Below are positions 55,965 to 64,000 of a stretch of DNA of 64,000 nucleotides, piece after piece. Where the stretch lies: IMG/VR virus record IMGVR_UViG_3300049856_000265, positions 21,555 through 85,554 of that record; one strand, 5' to 3'. The position numbers and the translations under genes were made by a program. Below the pieces are notes generated by a model. That model was not told where the DNA came from. It saw nothing but the letters and a program-made list of their open reading frames with translations, and searched no databases. The DNA is from a virus. The stretch's first letter is position 1; every line of letters begins with the position of its first letter.

Positions 55965-56258
55965 ATGGATACAGCGCAACCCTCTACCCAATTGCCTAAA
56001 GATACATCTGAGATCATTTCGATTCCTCAGGTAGCTCAAGAAAAGCCTAAAGAAGTCTTGGAACTTGAGCAGGCACTCCGTGATGTTAATTCTTATAGTA
56101 TGGCTGTTGGAGCAGGTACTTACCCTGGTGCTCAAGTCAAAGCTATTAACGGTTTAATGGGCTTTCTTAAAGAAACCTTTGCCCAACTTGAACAAAAGTA
56201 TATTAACCATCCTCATATTCAAGAGTTGATGGCTCAAAGTAAAAAAGCTAATGGTTAA
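55965..56258 (+). CDS. hypothetical protein
   Basis: RBS AAGGAG. Confidence 0.6.
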   Translation: MDTAQPSTQLPKDTSEIISIPQVAQEKPKEVLELEQALRDVNSYSMAVGAGTYPGAQVKAINGLMGFLKETFAQLEQKYINHPHIQELMAQSKKANG

Positions 56259-56493
56259 AGATTACCTAATAGAAGGTCTCCTAATCGTCCTAGGAGCCCA
56301 GCTAGTGCATCTTCAGGCTACTGGACCGTGCGCAGCCTTAGCTATTGTCCTCGTTGCCTATAAGGCATTTAAAGAGGTCAGAACTACCGACGCGGCTAAA
56401 AAAGTAGAAGTATCGGATGATGGCGTTAAATCTAGGCTTTCAAGCATTGAAAATAAGCTAGCCCTTATGGGCGTATCTAAACGGACTATGTGA
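56251..56493 (+). CDS. small two-TM membrane protein
   Basis: hydrophobic N-terminal half plus a short coiled coil. Confidence 0.55.
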   Translation: MVKDYLIEGLLIVLGAQLVHLQATGPCAALAIVLVAYKAFKEVRTTDAAKKVEVSDDGVKSRLSSIENKLALMGVSKRTM

Positions 56494-56819
56494 AAAAGCT
56501 CAAAAAAGACACGGTTTACCTGGAACCTAGCAGTACCGAGAGGGAGATTGCTGAGAATCAGTTAGAACGCCTTAGAATGATTTCTAGGGAACGTCTTATG
56601 ACCTTTGAAGAAGTCCGTATTTATGATATTTTAACTAAGAATTTGCTATTGGCTAAGGGCGAGGCCACGACGATCTCAGCTCAAAGTCAGCGGCTAGAGG
56701 AAGCTAAGACATTATCGGAAGATGTTTTGCTGAAGATTGCCCAATCAGTAGATGAGACTCTGGTAAATAGGTCATTAGATTTTGTAGATGACTCAGGACC
56801 CGAAAAAGACCCTAAATAG
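56490..56819 (+). CDS. candidate terminase small subunit
   Basis: helical 109 aa protein overlapping the terL start; positional inference only. Confidence 0.4.
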   Translation: MKKLKKDTVYLEPSSTEREIAENQLERLRMISRERLMTFEEVRIYDILTKNLLLAKGEATTISAQSQRLEEAKTLSEDVLLKIAQSVDETLVNRSLDFVDDSGPEKDPK

Positions 56820-58266
56820 TAGTATTTCAAAGAGTGATGCTATCGATACGCTTTGGCGTAAAGGCATCCTCACGTGGAAACTCGACAGCTGCCAAAAACA
56901 TCTTTATAATACCTTTAAAAATGCTAAATATCGTAAAACAGTGTTTAATTGTAGTCGTCGTTTAGGTAAAAGCTATACTCTATTAGTAATTGCTTTTGAA
57001 ACAGCACTGTCTGCCCCAAATATGCAGATTAAGTATGCATGTCCTACTGCCGTAATGGCGCAAAAGGTGATTCTACCTATTACTAGGGAAATTCTAAAGG
57101 ATTGTCCTACTGATCTTATTCCAAAGTATGTAAGATCTGAGAAGTCTTTTACATTTGCTAATGGATCCGTTATTCAAATTGAAGGTACGGATGAAGGTAA
57201 TGCTGAAAAGCTTAGAGGTACAGCCAGTCATCTTTCCATCTTGGATGAAGCTGGATTTATGGACGATCTTATGTATGTTATTAATGACGTACTTATGCCG
57301 CAAGCACTTACGACTAATGGTAAAATGCTTATGGCGTCTACTCCACCTAGAAGTTCAGGCCACCCCTATATCCAATTAATGCATGAAGCCCAAAAACATG
57401 GAACTTTCATTAAAAAGACTATTATGGATGCTATGGAGGACATTAAAAATGATCCTCCTCATTTCAAAAATAGGATCACTCCAGAAATCGTAGAAGAATT
57501 CAAAATGAACTATGGTGGCGACTTATCGCCAACTTGGCAACGAGAGTTCATGTGCATGGTCCAAACAGATCAGCTAAGAGCCGTCTTGCCTGAGTTTACA
57601 GAGTCTACTGAAAAAGCTATCGTAGTTGAATGGCCTAAACCTGCTAGATTTGATTCCTATGTTTCTATGGATTTGGGTTTTATTGACTTTACAGGTATTC
57701 TTTTTGGATATTATGACTTTAAGAATGCTAAATTAATTATAGAAGATGAGCTTTTGCTGAACGGACATGAAGTTACAACTAAAGCTATAGCAGAACAAGT
57801 CAGGGCTAAGGAACAAGCTCTTTGGACTGATCCTCAGACTCAAATCTTTAAAGAACCCTACTTCAGAGTTTCAGATGATGATCTAATTACCCTGAATGAT
57901 CTACAAAAGCTTCATGGATTGCGCTTTATCCCAACTAAAAAAGACGGATTAGAGCTAGCCGTCAACCAAGTGCGGATGATGATCGGAGCACAACAGATTA
58001 TCATCCATCCAAGATGTATAAATCTTATTTTTCAAGCAAAAGCAGCTACTTGGGCTAAGAATCGTCGTACTTTTGATAGATCTGAAGAATCCGGTCACTA
58101 CGATCTTATTGCAGCTTTAATTTACATGGTTCGGAATGTACAATTCCAGAAAAATCCTTATCCTTTGATTGAAACTTATGGATATGACGTATTTACTAAA
58201 GGTGAAAAAGTTATATCGGAAACTGCTAGATCTATTAGCCAAATGTTTAATCTTCGTAAGAAGTAA
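56788..58266 (+). CDS. terL: terminase large subunit
   Basis: Walker A SRRLGKS, LRG, Walker B SILDEAG, ASTP, QREFMC, SMDLG, HYDLIAALIY. Confidence 0.93.
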   Translation: MTQDPKKTLNSSISKSDAIDTLWRKGILTWKLDSCQKHLYNTFKNAKYRKTVFNCSRRLGKSYTLLVIAFETALSAPNMQIKYACPTAVMAQKVILPITREILKDCPTDLIPKYVRSEKSFTFANGSVIQIEGTDEGNAEKLRGTASHLSILDEAGFMDDLMYVINDVLMPQALTTNGKMLMASTPPRSSGHPYIQLMHEAQKHGTFIKKTIMDAMEDIKNDPPHFKNRITPEIVEEFKMNYGGDLSPTWQREFMCMVQTDQLRAVLPEFTESTEKAIVVEWPKPARFDSYVSMDLGFIDFTGILFGYYDFKNAKLIIEDELLLNGHEVTTKAIAEQVRAKEQALWTDPQTQIFKEPYFRVSDDDLITLNDLQKLHGLRFIPTKKDGLELAVNQVRMMIGAQQIIIHPRCINLIFQAKAATWAKNRRTFDRSEESGHYDLIAALIYMVRNVQFQKNPYPLIETYGYDVFTKGEKVISETARSISQMFNLRKK

Positions 58267-58284
58267 AAGGAACAAATATAACGT

Positions 58285-60336
58285 ATGAGTCCAAATTCTA
58301 AGTATTTTGCAAGCCTACCTGGTCCCGAATGTGTAACTGAGCTAGAACATAAGTCTTCGTTGTGGGGTCGAAATCCCATTACTAACAGTTACTTGCAGAA
58401 GCTTTACAAGAGTTGGTCCTTCTACCATGGAAGCTTCCATCAAGGAGCTGAGCATGGAGTAACCTTTACAGGTGATCAAGGTGAACTTGTCCAATTCCCT
58501 GTAAATGATTATCGCAACATTGCTTTGCACTTGCTTAATATGACTACGGCTAATCGTCCTAGTATGCAAGCTCGTGCTGTAAATACTGATTATAAATCAC
58601 TTACCCAAACTATTCTTGCTAATGGTCTTTTGGATTATTACATGCGAGAAAAGAACCTTGAGGACTTCCTTCGCCGCGCGGCTGAATATGCCATTGTTTT
58701 CGGTGAAGGCTATGTTCGTCTTGGATGGAACGCTACTGCCGGTGAAGTTTTTGAAGAAGATGAAGAAACTGGGGATAAATTTTATGAAGGCGACATGGAA
58801 TTCGGTAACGTTTCTCCTTTGGACGTTATCCGGGACTCTTCAAAAGAAGACTATTCTAGCCACGACTACCTAATTGTTCGTTCGTTTAAGAACCGTTTTG
58901 CTCTTATGGCAAAATATCCTGAGTTGGCTGAAGAAATTGCCAATGCCCCTTCTAAAGATGACTTGGATAAGATCCGTTATCCTATGTATGGTGCAGATAA
59001 GACCGACGATATCCCTGTTTATGAGTTTTTCCATAAAAAGAATGATGCTCTTCCTGAAGGTCGTTATCTTATTTATGTAACTAAAGACGCCATCCTTTAC
59101 GACGGCGCTCTTCCTTACCGCGAAATCCCTATTTACCGCATTTCTGCTGCAGATATCCTAGGAACTCCTTACGGCTATACTATCATGTTTGACTTGCTTC
59201 CTCTTCAGGAAGCTGAGAACATGCTTTATAGTACTGTGATGACTAACCAGAATGCTTTTGGAGTGCAAAACGTACTTATTCCAAAAGGAGCAGATCTTAA
59301 TCTTAGCCAATTGACTGGCGGATTAAATATTATCGAATATAATGCTCTTCAAGGTTTTAAACCTGAAGCTTTAAACTTGACCCAAACTCCAGCTGAAATC
59401 TTTAAGATGATTGAGTTAATTGGGGCCAAAATGGAGACAATTTCAGGCATTAATAGTGTTACTAGAGGTGATCCTGCGGCCAGTCTAAAGTCTGGAGCAG
59501 CTCTTGCCCTAGTTCAAGCTCAAGCTGTGCAGTTTAGTTCAAGTCTTCAACAATCCTATGTTCGTCTTTTGGAACATGTTGGAACTGCAATGATTAAATT
59601 GCTTCAAGATTACGCTAAGTATCCAAGAGTAGCCGCTATTGCAGGTAAATCTAATCGAACCTATATGAGAGAATTCTCAAGTAAGGATTTAGTTTCGATT
59701 AATCGTGTAGTTGTAGATGTTTCTAATCCACTTTCTAAAACAACGGCAGGCCGTCTTGAAATTGCTAATCAATTGCTTCAAATGCAAGTCGTAACTAATG
59801 CCAAAGATTACTTTACAGTACTTAATACTGGCAATATGGACACTATGCTTGAAGGTGAGCAGATGGAACTGCTCTACATTAAGTCTGAAAATGAAGAAAT
59901 GCTTGATGGAAAACCTCAACAAGCTGTAGCTTTTGATAATCATTCCTTGCACGTGGCTGAGCATAAGAGTTTGCTTGCAGATCCTGATCTTAGGCGCGAT
60001 GCCGCTCTTGTAAAAGTAGTATTGGATCATATTCAAGAACATATCAATCTTTTGAGTGGCGGAGCGGATCCTAGAATTCTCCAAATCACGAATCAACAAC
60101 CTTTACAGAATCCTAATCAACCGCCACCTCAGCAACAAGCTCCTCAAGGCGGGGATACACATATCCATTTGCCAGCCCCCTCTCAAGGTGCTCCTCAAGA
60201 GCAAGTAATGCAGCAACCGCCTACTGGAGCAGAAGCGGCTCAACAAGTAGCTCAACCTAATATGCCAACTCCCGCAGGTAATCCCGATCTTCCCATCACG
60301 GCTGAACAAGGAATGGCTCAGATCACTGGACAATAA
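58285..60336 (+). CDS. portal protein
   Basis: 683 aa directly after terL; FGEGYVRLGW, ISGINSVTRG, SGAALA; Q/P-rich C-terminal tail. Confidence 0.85.
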   Translation: MSPNSKYFASLPGPECVTELEHKSSLWGRNPITNSYLQKLYKSWSFYHGSFHQGAEHGVTFTGDQGELVQFPVNDYRNIALHLLNMTTANRPSMQARAVNTDYKSLTQTILANGLLDYYMREKNLEDFLRRAAEYAIVFGEGYVRLGWNATAGEVFEEDEETGDKFYEGDMEFGNVSPLDVIRDSSKEDYSSHDYLIVRSFKNRFALMAKYPELAEEIANAPSKDDLDKIRYPMYGADKTDDIPVYEFFHKKNDALPEGRYLIYVTKDAILYDGALPYREIPIYRISAADILGTPYGYTIMFDLLPLQEAENMLYSTVMTNQNAFGVQNVLIPKGADLNLSQLTGGLNIIEYNALQGFKPEALNLTQTPAEIFKMIELIGAKMETISGINSVTRGDPAASLKSGAALALVQAQAVQFSSSLQQSYVRLLEHVGTAMIKLLQDYAKYPRVAAIAGKSNRTYMREFSSKDLVSINRVVVDVSNPLSKTTAGRLEIANQLLQMQVVTNAKDYFTVLNTGNMDTMLEGEQMELLYIKSENEEMLDGKPQQAVAFDNHSLHVAEHKSLLADPDLRRDAALVKVVLDHIQEHINLLSGGADPRILQITNQQPLQNPNQPPPQQQAPQGGDTHIHLPAPSQGAPQEQVMQQPPTGAEAAQQVAQPNMPTPAGNPDLPITAEQGMAQITGQ

Positions 60337-60339
60337 TAA

Positions 60340-60507
60340 ATGGCTAGACTGACTATTAAACCTATATACAAAGGCCAAACAGTTGAGCTGAATTCAAAAA
60401 AAGCTCCAATTAAGCTTGTTAGACATGGTTTTAAAAAGATAATGATTGCTAGTTTAATTTTAAACTTTATATTAGGAGGCGTAATAGCATATTTATGCTT
60501 ACGATAA
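60340..60507 (+). CDS. small protein with a C-terminal TM (55 aa)
   Basis: MARLTIKP...IMIASLILNFILGGVIAYLCLR. Confidence 0.5.
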   Translation: MARLTIKPIYKGQTVELNSKKAPIKLVRHGFKKIMIASLILNFILGGVIAYLCLR

Positions 60508-60514
60508 CACTCAA

Positions 60515-60889
60515 ATGAGCGTTTTTACTCTTTTAGATTTTCAACAAGTCCTCACTAGGGTCTATGATGAACCTAATAATAGACTGCGTACAGACGCTTC
60601 TTTATCAATAGATAGTGCTGTAATTTCTGTTAATATTGATGATGTTACAGATAGCGTTAAAATAGGTAATGGAGCTGGTGTTTTTGCAAATGTGTCTTCT
60701 GATAGATCTTTACAAGTTGCAAATGTTGGAGATCTTGTAAAAGAAGCCTACGATACTATTTTAGCAACCTATCCAACTACGTCGTCTGAAGTTTATACCT
60801 ATAAATCAGGAGCCACTACAGTAGCCGTTGTTACTGTAACTTATACATCTTCTAGTAAAGTAGATCTGCAATCGGTGGTTAGAACATAA
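60515..60889 (+). CDS. putative virion structural protein
   Basis: beta-rich; YDTILATYPTTSSEVYTYK...VTVTY. Confidence 0.6.
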   Translation: MSVFTLLDFQQVLTRVYDEPNNRLRTDASLSIDSAVISVNIDDVTDSVKIGNGAGVFANVSSDRSLQVANVGDLVKEAYDTILATYPTTSSEVYTYKSGATTVAVVTVTYTSSSKVDLQSVVRT

Positions 60890-61209
60890 TGGCTTATAAA
60901 TTTAATCCAACTACAGGTAAATTAGACTACTATAATTCTGGTTCAGGCACTGGAGATGTAGTAGGTCCTTCTGGAGCTACGGATAAAGCTATTGCGCGAT
61001 ATGATAGTACTACAGGCAAGCTTATTCAAGATAGCAAAGCTTATGTACAAGATGGCGGCGGAGTTCAAGCCCAAGCTTTTATAGGCAAAAAAGAAATTAC
61101 AGATGCCGTAGATATTCCAAGTAAGCATTATATGATTGCTAGTGGTATTACTATTACTAATACAGGATCTATAACAATTAGTTCAGATAGTGAATTAATT
61201 TTAATTTAA
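60889..61209 (+). CDS. putative tail-fibre-associated protein
   Basis: YKFNPTTGKLD; GDVVGPSGATDKAIARYDSTTGKLIQDS fibre-type motif. Confidence 0.65.
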   Translation: MAYKFNPTTGKLDYYNSGSGTGDVVGPSGATDKAIARYDSTTGKLIQDSKAYVQDGGGVQAQAFIGKKEITDAVDIPSKHYMIASGITITNTGSITISSDSELILI

Positions 61210-61219
61210 GGGTATAAAA

Positions 61220-64000
61220 ATGGCTATAGCTCCAGGTTCATTAGGCTTTCAACAACTTACGACTAGTCCTGCAGCTCCGCCTGTTGGATATTGTATTCTT
61301 TATTCCAAAACAGATAATGTTGTTTATCTTAAAGATTCATCTAATATTGAAATAGCATTAGGTTCAGCTAGTTCTATTACTTCTCTAACAGGTGAAGCTA
61401 CTGGAACAGGCCCTGGAGCTACTGTAGTCACTCTTTCAAACTCTGCTATAATTGGTAAAGTCTTAACTGGCTTTGCAACGGGACCTAATTCTACAGTTTT
61501 GGCCACTGACACTATTCTTCAAGCTATCCAAAAACTACAAGCTCAGGTTTCAGCTACAGTAGGAGCTGCCATTACAGCCCTAACTGGTGATGTTTCAGCT
61601 ACTGGACCTGGATCCTCTAGCTCTACTGTAAATACGGTAGGTGGAAAGTCTGCTGCTAGTATTGCAACTAGTGTAAATGATACTATTGCAGCTACTTCAG
61701 CAAATACAGCTAGTACCATTGTAAAAAGAGACGCTTCGGGTAATTTTGCAGCTAATAACATTACTGCTAGTTTGTTAGGTAATGCAACAACCGCTACTAC
61801 TGCTACTAATTTTACAGGATCTTTACTTGGTGACGTAACAGGAACTCAATCAGCAACCGTAGTTGCTTTAGTCGGTGGTAAAACCGCTGCTGCAGTGGCT
61901 ACTAGTGTAAATGATACTCAAGCTGCTACAGATTCTAATACAGCCTCTACTATCGTTAAAAGAGACGCTTCAGGTAACTTTGCTGCCAACCTCATTACAG
62001 CAGCTCTTTCTGGTAATGCCACGACTTCAACATCCTTTATTGGATCTCTTGTTGGTGACGTAACGGGTACTCAAGGTGCTACGGTAGTTTCTTTTGTAGG
62101 GACTTCTAGTGCTGCTAATGTACATCTTGCTGAACTTGCAGCTAATGCTGCGACTTCTACCAATACAGCTAGCACTATCATAAAACGTGATGCTTCTGGA
62201 GACTTTGCCGCAGGTACAATCACGGCAGATCTTGTTGGAAATGTAACTGGTAACGTCAGCGGAACAGCCGCTAATGTCACCGGAATCGTTACAATTGCCC
62301 ATGGTGGTACCAATTCAGCTACAGCTCTTAATAATAATCGAATAATTAAGTCAGCAGTCGGAGCTATTATAGAAGCCGCTGCGATTACGGCTGCTAGAGC
62401 GTTGATTTCAGATGCTAATGGTATTCCTACCCACTCTATAACCACTTCTACAGAATTGAGTTATGTTTCAGGTGTTACTTCTGCCATCCAAACTCAACTT
62501 AATGCTATTACTGGATCTGGTATTACTTCTCTAACGGGAGACGTGACAGCTACTGGACCTGGAGCCGCCGCCGCAACTGTAGCAGCAATTCAAGGAACTA
62601 TGGTTTCTGGAACAACTGGCTCTGGTAATGTTGCATTTTCTAATGCTCCAACTTTTACTGGACTGCTAAGCGGCAGTAGTGCTAGTTTTTCTAGTACAGT
62701 TACTGCTTCCAATCTCTCAGGAACTAATACTGGAGATGTAACGATAACTGATACAGATTCTATTGATATTACTTTGGCTGGACAGAATATTACAGCAGAT
62801 CTTAAACTATCTTCAGATGTGGCAGATGCTGGTAATATTAAAGCTACAACGACCGTACATTCTGGAGCAGGGGCCGGATTGCATGTAGAATTACCTTATG
62901 GAACTCCTGTCCAAATTGGAACGTCAAACTTTATAGGAGCAGCTTCTAGTTTTGCTCTTTCTGATCATGTTCATGCTCATGGAAATCAAACTAGCGCTAC
63001 TTTGCATGCTGCAGCTACAGCTATAGCAAACGGTTTCATGACTTCTAGTGATTTCTCTAAACTAGCAGCTGCGACAGCCGCCAATACGGTAAGCACAATT
63101 GTAATGCGTGATGGTTCTGGCAATTTTAGTGCTGGAACAATTACTGCATCTTTAAGCGGTAATGCAACAACAGCTACTACTGCTACTTTAGCAGGAAATG
63201 TCACTGGAATTGTAGCTATAGCAAACGGCGGTACTAACTCATCTGCGGCGTTAAGTAATAATAGAGTTATGCAATCCTCTGGTGGAGCCCTTGTCGAAGC
63301 TGCAGCCATTACAGCAGCTAGGGCACTTATCTCCGATGCGAATGGAATCCCTACTCATAGCGCAGTTACTAGTACAGAACTTGGATATCTTTCTGGAGTT
63401 ACCTCAGCTATCCAAACTCAAATAAATGGAAAACAAGCTACAGGTAATTACATTACAGCATTGACTGGAGATGTAACGGCTAGTGGACCTGGATCTTCGG
63501 CAGCTACTATTGCAGCTAATGCGGTAAGTAATTCTAAATTAGCTCAAATGCCAGCTAATACTATTAAAGGTAACAATACTGGAGCTACTGCAAATGCTCT
63601 AGATTTAACTACAGCTCAAGTTAATACACTTCTTGGAACGGTTACTTCTGTTGCAGCTAGCTCACCTCTTCAAAGTTCAGGCGGGGCTACTCCAACAGTA
63701 TCTTTTGCTAATCAAACAGCAAATACCGTATTATCAGGACCTACTACGGGTGCCGCAGCGGCTCCTACTTTCCGCGCTCTAGTTAGAGCCGATATTCCAA
63801 ATTATACAGTTGTAACTAAAACGGCAAATTACACAATTCTTTCAACTGATGATACTATCTTTGTAGACACTTCAGGTGGAGCTTTTACTCTTACTTTGCC
63901 TTCTCCAACAGCCCTATCTGGTAAGATCTTTAGGATTATTGACACTGCTGGTACTCTTCAGTCTAACAATCTTACATTAGCTAGAAGTGCATCTGAAAAG
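61220..64000 (+). CDS. long tail fibre / adhesin, runs off the window end (missing from ORF track)
   Basis: open frame from ATG 61220 (MAIAPGSLGFQQL); repeated ITALTGDV.ATGPG, NTASTIVKRDASGNF.A..ITA and GGTNS..ALNNNR...ITAARALISDANGIP modules. Confidence 0.85.
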   Translation, partial: MAIAPGSLGFQQLTTSPAAPPVGYCILYSKTDNVVYLKDSSNIEIALGSASSITSLTGEATGTGPGATVVTLSNSAIIGKVLTGFATGPNSTVLATDTILQAIQKLQAQVSATVGAAITALTGDVSATGPGSSSSTVNTVGGKSAASIATSVNDTIAATSANTASTIVKRDASGNFAANNITASLLGNATTATTATNFTGSLLGDVTGTQSATVVALVGGKTAAAVATSVNDTQAATDSNTASTIVKRDASGNFAANLITAALSGNATTSTSFIGSLVGDVTGTQGATVVSFVGTSSAANVHLAELAANAATSTNTASTIIKRDASGDFAAGTITADLVGNVTGNVSGTAANVTGIVTIAHGGTNSATALNNNRIIKSAVGAIIEAAAITAARALISDANGIPTHSITTSTELSYVSGVTSAIQTQLNAITGSGITSLTGDVTATGPGAAAATVAAIQGTMVSGTTGSGNVAFSNAPTFTGLLSGSSASFSSTVTASNLSGTNTGDVTITDTDSIDITLAGQNITADLKLSSDVADAGNIKATTTVHSGAGAGLHVELPYGTPVQIGTSNFIGAASSFALSDHVHAHGNQTSATLHAAATAIANGFMTSSDFSKLAAATAANTVSTIVMRDGSGNFSAGTITASLSGNATTATTATLAGNVTGIVAIANGGTNSSAALSNNRVMQSSGGALVEAAAITAARALISDANGIPTHSAVTSTELGYLSGVTSAIQTQINGKQATGNYITALTGDVTASGPGSSAATIAANAVSNSKLAQMPANTIKGNNTGATANALDLTTAQVNTLLGTVTSVAASSPLQSSGGATPTVSFANQTANTVLSGPTTGAAAAPTFRALVRADIPNYTVVTKTANYTILSTDDTIFVDTSGGAFTLTLPSPTALSGKIFRIIDTAGTLQSNNLTLARSASEK

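Noticed and set aside
61324-63309. Minus-strand ORFs listed near the window end
   Set aside because: Antisense shadows of the long plus-strand fibre gene.
1-64000. Alternative genetic code (stop-codon reassignment)
   Set aside because: Conserved genes (polA, terL, nrdA, nadV) are full length in the standard code, and TAA, TAG and TGA all end genes at sensible boundaries.

Overview
This window is part of a dsDNA tailed-phage genome, probably podovirus-like. It opens in the end of the virion module (three ejection-type proteins, a holin-like gene) and closes in its beginning (terminase large subunit, portal, an open-ended fibre gene missing from the ORF track). The middle holds a lysis/recombination block (spanin-like pair, RuvC, dNMP kinase, A1-like phosphoesterase, RecA), a nucleotide/NAD block (nrdB-nrdA, NadM-Nudix, macro domain, Nampt, thyX), a replication block (PD-(D/E)XK exonuclease, ERF, primase-helicase, PolA) and a long minus-strand array of small early-type genes (RNA ligase, lipoproteins, lytic transglycosylase, CoaD, GATase plus amidoligase). 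I found no integrase, canonical tRNA or CRISPR array. The most notable unexplained signals are non-coding: (1) two covarying copies of a tRNA-shaped RNA with large insertions (16494-16677, 27694-27860), plus further structured intergenic RNAs; (2) a cluster of sigma54-type -24/-12 motifs at the ~49.8 kb strand switch; (3) a repeated AACAAATA motif that behaves like a phage-specific promoter; (4) many sigma70 promoters placed for leaderless translation, several with a shared GTAACT motif in the spacer; (5) a CsrA-consensus hairpin before RuvC. A Bdellovibrionota/deltaproteobacterial-type host is only an inference from the fibre repeats, collagen lipoprotein and sigma54 motifs. All calls come from reading motifs by eye; no searches were run.
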